From: Nitrospirota bacterium
Lineage (GTDB): Bacteria > Nitrospirota > Thermodesulfovibrionia > UBA6902 > DSMQ01
Length of the DNA: 64,000 nt
Assembly: GCA_016208965.1 (NCBI GenBank)
Contig: JACQXB010000006.1
Span: 58,262-122,261 of the forward strand
Direction: 5' to 3'
Both the position numbers and the translations under genes were made by a program. Positions 60,144 through 64,000 of the stretch are shown here, piece by piece. Each line of letters begins with the position of its first letter. The stretch's first letter is position 1. Below the pieces are notes generated by a model. It was given only the letters and a program-made list of their open reading frames with translations, did not search any database and was not told the DNA's origin.

Positions 60144-62630
60144 TTAGAACTGTCCCCCTTTTTTCATTTTTTGTGTCTTGTGGATTCCCTCTGCCCTGAC
60201 TGCAAGATCAACCTTGCTGATCCAGTGCGTCCCAGGGAGAGGAGGATTGTCAATCCAGTTTGTTCCACCGCCGTGGCACTGTCCGCATGCGTAGTCAACG
60301 TCGACCCAGGCTGCGTTTGCATAGGTAGTAGTGGTATAGGTAGTGCCGCCAACTTCAATACTATGCGCATCATCAGACACCATATTGGCGATCTTCTTGG
60401 TAGCAGTACCACCGATACCGAACTCCAAAGCAGTCGGGAAGGTGCTGTAGCTGTCATCAGTATTGATCCTCCACAGGTGCATCGGGAAGCCGCCTGATGT
60501 TGCTTTAGGCATATGGCAAATCTTACAAGACTCAGCTTTTGCTTCAGCAGACATGTCTTCCTGAGGCGTTCCTGTTCCCATCTTGTGGGATATAGGTGTG
60601 GTTGCCTCAGTAGTGTGGCAAGTTACGCACTCCCTTCTTAAAGGCTCTGTTGCAGCAGGGTCGAAGAGACTCTGGTGAACATCGTGGCATGTTGTGCAGT
60701 TTCCCTGTGACTGATTAGCCCACCATGTGCCACCGGCATCAGCACATTGTGTGCTGGTCGTAATTTTTGTACCGTTTGCGTTGGTGGAAAGTATCGAACC
60801 CGTAGCTCCCGTGCCTGACCTGCAGAAAGAGTCTTTAAAGTTGCTGGCATACGTACCGCCGGAAACAATATCATACTTTCCGAGTGAGTTAGGCACAATT
60901 GTTCCTGTAAACTGTCCATGCGGGCTGTTCAGGAACGAGCCGCCCAGTACATGGCCGCTGAACTCCGGAATGTATGCCGGTGCGGTGGCGGTATTCTTGA
61001 CAGGAAGATACTCGGGATGAGTAAGGTCGTTATTTACGCCAGTACCATTAGTCTCCTTGGCAACGCTCTGGTGGCAACTGTAGCAAAGATTGTTTATATC
61101 GGATCCCGATGGTGTAAGATTATGAGTCGAAGTAACCGCAGTCGTTCCGCTATATACAGCCGGGACTGTTGAGGCATGGCACCTTGAGCATATAATACCG
61201 TCCTGGTCCCATTGTCCGGTTATACCGGCAATAGAGTTTTTGTCGGGATTAGACCCACCCTTTGCATACGAAGGGAAAGATGTCCCGGGTTCCAGTCCGC
61301 CTATGCCGTATCCCTGCACGCCTGTGGATGGATACCAGGTGCCTAATGCTGCTTCACACGTTGCCTGTGTGGTCTTTGAGGATATACTGCAAAGACCTAC
61401 CGTGGTGGTTTCGTTCCTCCAGCCTGTTGCATGGCATGATGCGCAACTGTAGCCAGAGCCGACGCCGTTATACCTGGCGTACGTACCCATCCAGACTACG
61501 GTGTAAAGACCGTCCGGCGCAGGCGCCATCCAGTCTCCGAAGAGGTACATCAGAGGCTTGGTGCCCCAAAGAGTGGTTGTAGCTGTTCCGGCGCCAAAGT
61601 CAAGTGTCTGGTAGTCGCCGGCCGTTGCTCCACTTGGTACCGCAGCCTGTGTATAGACAACGCTGTCAGGACCTGCCCAGTTCATGCCGGGGGTTACCTT
61701 CCTGAGCATGTTCTTGTGGCCTGTCATTGTGTAGTCCTGCTTCCATCTTTCAGCATACGAGTTATATTGTGATGTGTTGTTATGACATCTGAGGCACATA
61801 GTGGTGCTGGCGCTACCAGATGTTAGAGTAGCTACTGTTGCAGAACCGATTGTTGTTGTGCCGCTCTGGATGATTGTATTGTTCCATGAAAAGCCGTCGG
61901 TTATGCACGTGCCCATATTGGTATATGTTGTCAAGTCGGCCGGAAGTGCTGCATGGGCCGCAACAGTCGTTCCGCCGGCGAGGTTCTTAATTGGGTCCCA
62001 GTTACCGGTAGACCTCGATTTAGCACCATTTAAGCCTCCCCCAATACCATAAGCATAGATACATGAATTGGCCGAAGTACCCGAAGTACTCCATGAAAAG
62101 CCGATGCCTGCTGCGATACAGGAAGCCTGATCACCGTATGTAGAAGTTACATCTACCGAAGCATAGCAGAAGCCTTCTGTACCTGCTCCACTCGGTCCCA
62201 TTAAATACCAGGCAGAGGTACATTTTGATGCCCAGATTCCGCCATTTGCAGTGCACATGGCCGAAGTTCTATCCAGGCCGCTCAGGGATATACCGGTTGT
62301 CCCGCTGGAACAGGTGCTTGCCCAGAAATGGGCGCCGTCAGGATTTGTTGTAACTCCGCAGAGTGCCTGAGTTGTATAAGTAGAGGGCGACTGTAAATTC
62401 GCTATACAGTCAGCACGTGATGTTTTGGTTGCATCAATCGTCATGGTGCCGTCTGCTGCAATACCTGTAACGCATTTACCTCTGTCAGCAGGTAAATCCC
62501 ATAAGCCGGTCGTTCCGTTCTGTTCAGCGCCGTCAGGAAGGTAAATTGCCTGGGTGCTGCCGGCAAAGACAAACGGAATTGCCAGAACAAAAAACGCTGC
62601 CATAAAAAGCAGTTTAGGTTTAAATTTCAT
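60144..62630 (-). CDS. Secreted multiheme cytochrome c (8 CxxCH)
   Basis: Signal peptide MKFKPKLLFMAAFFVLAIPFVFAGSTQA. Haem-binding sites CLRCH, CASCH, CSRCH, CYSCH, CTTCH, CVTCH, CKICH, CGQCH. Confidence 0.85.
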   Translation of the reverse strand: MKFKPKLLFMAAFFVLAIPFVFAGSTQAIYLPDGAEQNGTTGLWDLPADRGKCVTGIAADGTMTIDATKTSRADCIANLQSPSTYTTQALCGVTTNPDGAHFWASTCSSGTTGISLSGLDRTSAMCTANGGIWASKCTSAWYLMGPSGAGTEGFCYASVDVTSTYGDQASCIAAGIGFSWSTSGTSANSCIYAYGIGGGLNGAKSRSTGNWDPIKNLAGGTTVAAHAALPADLTTYTNMGTCITDGFSWNNTIIQSGTTTIGSATVATLTSGSASTTMCLRCHNNTSQYNSYAERWKQDYTMTGHKNMLRKVTPGMNWAGPDSVVYTQAAVPSGATAGDYQTLDFGAGTATTTLWGTKPLMYLFGDWMAPAPDGLYTVVWMGTYARYNGVGSGYSCASCHATGWRNETTTVGLCSISSKTTQATCEAALGTWYPSTGVQGYGIGGLEPGTSFPSYAKGGSNPDKNSIAGITGQWDQDGIICSRCHASTVPAVYSGTTAVTSTHNLTPSGSDINNLCYSCHQSVAKETNGTGVNNDLTHPEYLPVKNTATAPAYIPEFSGHVLGGSFLNSPHGQFTGTIVPNSLGKYDIVSGGTYASNFKDSFCRSGTGATGSILSTNANGTKITTSTQCADAGGTWWANQSQGNCTTCHDVHQSLFDPAATEPLRRECVTCHTTEATTPISHKMGTGTPQEDMSAEAKAESCKICHMPKATSGGFPMHLWRINTDDSYSTFPTALEFGIGGTATKKIANMVSDDAHSIEVGGTTYTTTTYANAAWVDVDYACGQCHGGGTNWIDNPPLPGTHWISKVDLAVRAEGIHKTQKMKKGGQF

Positions 62631-63042
62631 TTCACTCTCCTTTCATTACATTATTCTCCCGAAGCGAAGCGAGAACCCGCGGATCATGAGGGGTATCTGA
62701 CACACCTGTTTCACCCACACCTACCCAAAAGAGCATCAGGCCGAGTCCAAGTCCTATCGCCAGAACTAAATAATGTCTTCTTCATCATTTTCACCTCCTT
62801 TCTAAATAAAGGAAGCACTTTTAAAAAGTGCTTTCCTAAATTATAGTTTGTTTAAAAATCTACTCACCCATAGATAGTCAAAGCTATCTATGGTCTTTTA
62901 TCCGGCACTTTCGAAAGTGCCGGATTTATAAGACAATTAATTTAATAATGATGACAAGCAAAATATATGCCAGTAGTAAATATTGCGGAAAACCCTTTTT
63001 AAAAATGAAAAAATGAACATCAGGATATTGGTAATTTCTGCT

Positions 63043-63094
63043 ATATTGGTGAAATCAGCATACCCACTTGCTGATTTCACCAATATAGCCTTCA
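63043..63094. repeat. Perfect 22-bp inverted repeat hairpin
   Basis: tgctatattggtgaaatcagca...tgctgatttcaccaatatagca. Confidence 0.8.
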
Positions 63095-63629
63095 TTTAAC
63101 CACCTAAAAATATCTTTGTGCCTTCTGAAAATGTCATTCCCCGACCCCCTTTTCGTCATTCCCCGACTTGCAGACTGTGTCGCAATTAATTATTTATAAA
63201 TGAGGCAAAAGAAATTCTTGTTAAGAATGAAATAGTGTAATATTATAGTGTTGCAAGGATATATTTAAAAGGGAAAATGGAGGGAAGGGGAATGGCATAC
63301 AGATATGGGGATAGGAATCAAGTAAACATGTTTCCACCGACGATATTGGGCGCTCTTGATGCTCAGAGCCTTCATTACTTCCAGGAATTCAGGAAAAACA
63401 AGAAAAACCAGATCATAAAGTTGATTCAAAAGTATACTGCGCCTTTGTATGCTACGTTCTCTGGCTTGAGTCAGTCTGCGAAGCTCTGCTACAGTGCCTT
63501 CAGGAATAATTACAGTAAGGGCATGCCCAAGCTCTATGATATCAGCGATAACTTTAGGGTCCTTCTGATCAGTTTTAGCAGGAGAATTCCCTTGAAGCTC
63601 TTTCAGTATATTTAGTTAGTGTCAAAGAT

Positions 63630-63960
63630 TCATAGTGTCACAGTGTCAAAGCTTTGCTCCTTTGATACTCTGATACTTTGATACTCCTCATAAGACCCTG
63701 TGGATTCAAAGCCTACAACTACTTCTTCAAGATTATGCGTTTTCTTCATCTGACAGACCTTTACCCAAAACTCCTGAAATCCTCTACTAGTGTTGAAAAA
63801 CTCAAATGGCTTTATGTCAGTTCCGTCAGGACATCTGCAATATCCGGTATGTTTCATTTTGCTCGCGTCCACTGTTGCAAGAAGTGTTTTCCCATTGACT
63901 CTCTTAAGCTTCTTTGTGTTAACATCTTTTCCCGACCCTTCGGGACTCCTTTCTTTGGTT
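63630..63960 (-). pseudogene. N-terminal fragment of an IS110-family transposase
   Basis: ...TLLATVDASKMKHTGY...FNTSRGFQEFWVKV...EEVVVGFESTGSYEEY then a stop. Confidence 0.45.
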
Positions 63961-64000
63961 TGAATTTAAACCAACTCGCTGATTGGTTCATTCCAAGAAA

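Noticed and set aside
63277-63615. 112-aa ORF MEGRGMAYRYGDRNQVNMFPP...
   Set aside because: It may be a transposase N-terminus remnant, but it overlaps the IS-debris region and I could not tie it to a family. It is left uncalled.
7503-63700. CRISPR array
   Set aside because: All tandem repeats seen have a 7-bp unit with no spacers. No 25-40-bp repeat/spacer architecture and no cas genes are present.
1-64000. tRNA, rRNA, SRP RNA or tmRNA genes
   Set aside because: I found no conserved tRNA T-arm or anticodon-stem signatures and no rRNA-like stretches by eye. A covariance-model scan would be needed to be sure.

Overview
This 64-kb window comes from a low-GC, probably anaerobic bacterium. I could not assign the taxon. 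The core content includes a sulfide-dehydrogenase/Nfn-type two-subunit oxidoreductase, an 8-heme secreted cytochrome c, an archaeal-type phosphoglycerate mutase and an hspR-dnaJ-clpB cluster.

The conserved housekeeping blocks are:
- ribE-ribBA-ribH-nusB
- lepB-lepA
- ROK kinase and tyrS
- trxA-trxB
- ffh-rpsP-KH-trmD-rplS-rnhB
- nadB-pyk
- apgM and comF
- nfnA and nfnB
- a GH3 NagZ-like hydrolase
- pit plus a DUF47 protein
- clpB, hspR and dnaJ
- moeA and hemC

Between these blocks sit at least four accessory or defence insertions:
- Positions 1-6220 hold a partial R-M pair and a decayed island. The island contains a DUF4411 + ImmA/IrrE pair, a DUF1016 nuclease with an amber codon, and fragments of a type III Mod and a helicase. 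It is bounded by a duplicated 3' end of a metallophosphoesterase gene.
- Positions 16.1-21.4 kb hold higBA, two type II R-M pairs (one REase frameshifted in an A7 tract) and a polytopic membrane protein.
- A 573-bp RelE-toxin cassette is inserted at the 3' end of pyk, flanked by 105-bp direct repeats.
- An ~8-kb island splits nfnA from nfnB. It carries an ORF6N fragment, a Panacea/DUF4065 antitoxin with an unknown partner, and a BcgI-like R-M whose A subunit fuses a PD-ExK nuclease to an MTase. A DUF3800 gene sits inside that R-M operon between the A subunit and the S subunit. An IS200/IS605 element and a ParE-type TA cassette flanked by ~95-bp direct repeats follow.

The most striking genome-wide signal is three families of small repeats:
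- a ~48-bp C6/G6 palindromic element
- a GTCATTCC...GGAATGAC palindromic family
- 7-bp tandem repeats

These are scattered through intergenic DNA, and several copies lie inside genes without breaking the reading frame. Affected genes include hemC, moeA, nadB, ribE, the GH3 hydrolase and the phosphoesterase. This resembles the in-frame selfish palindromic elements described in Rickettsia.

No rRNA, tRNA or CRISPR array was recognised.
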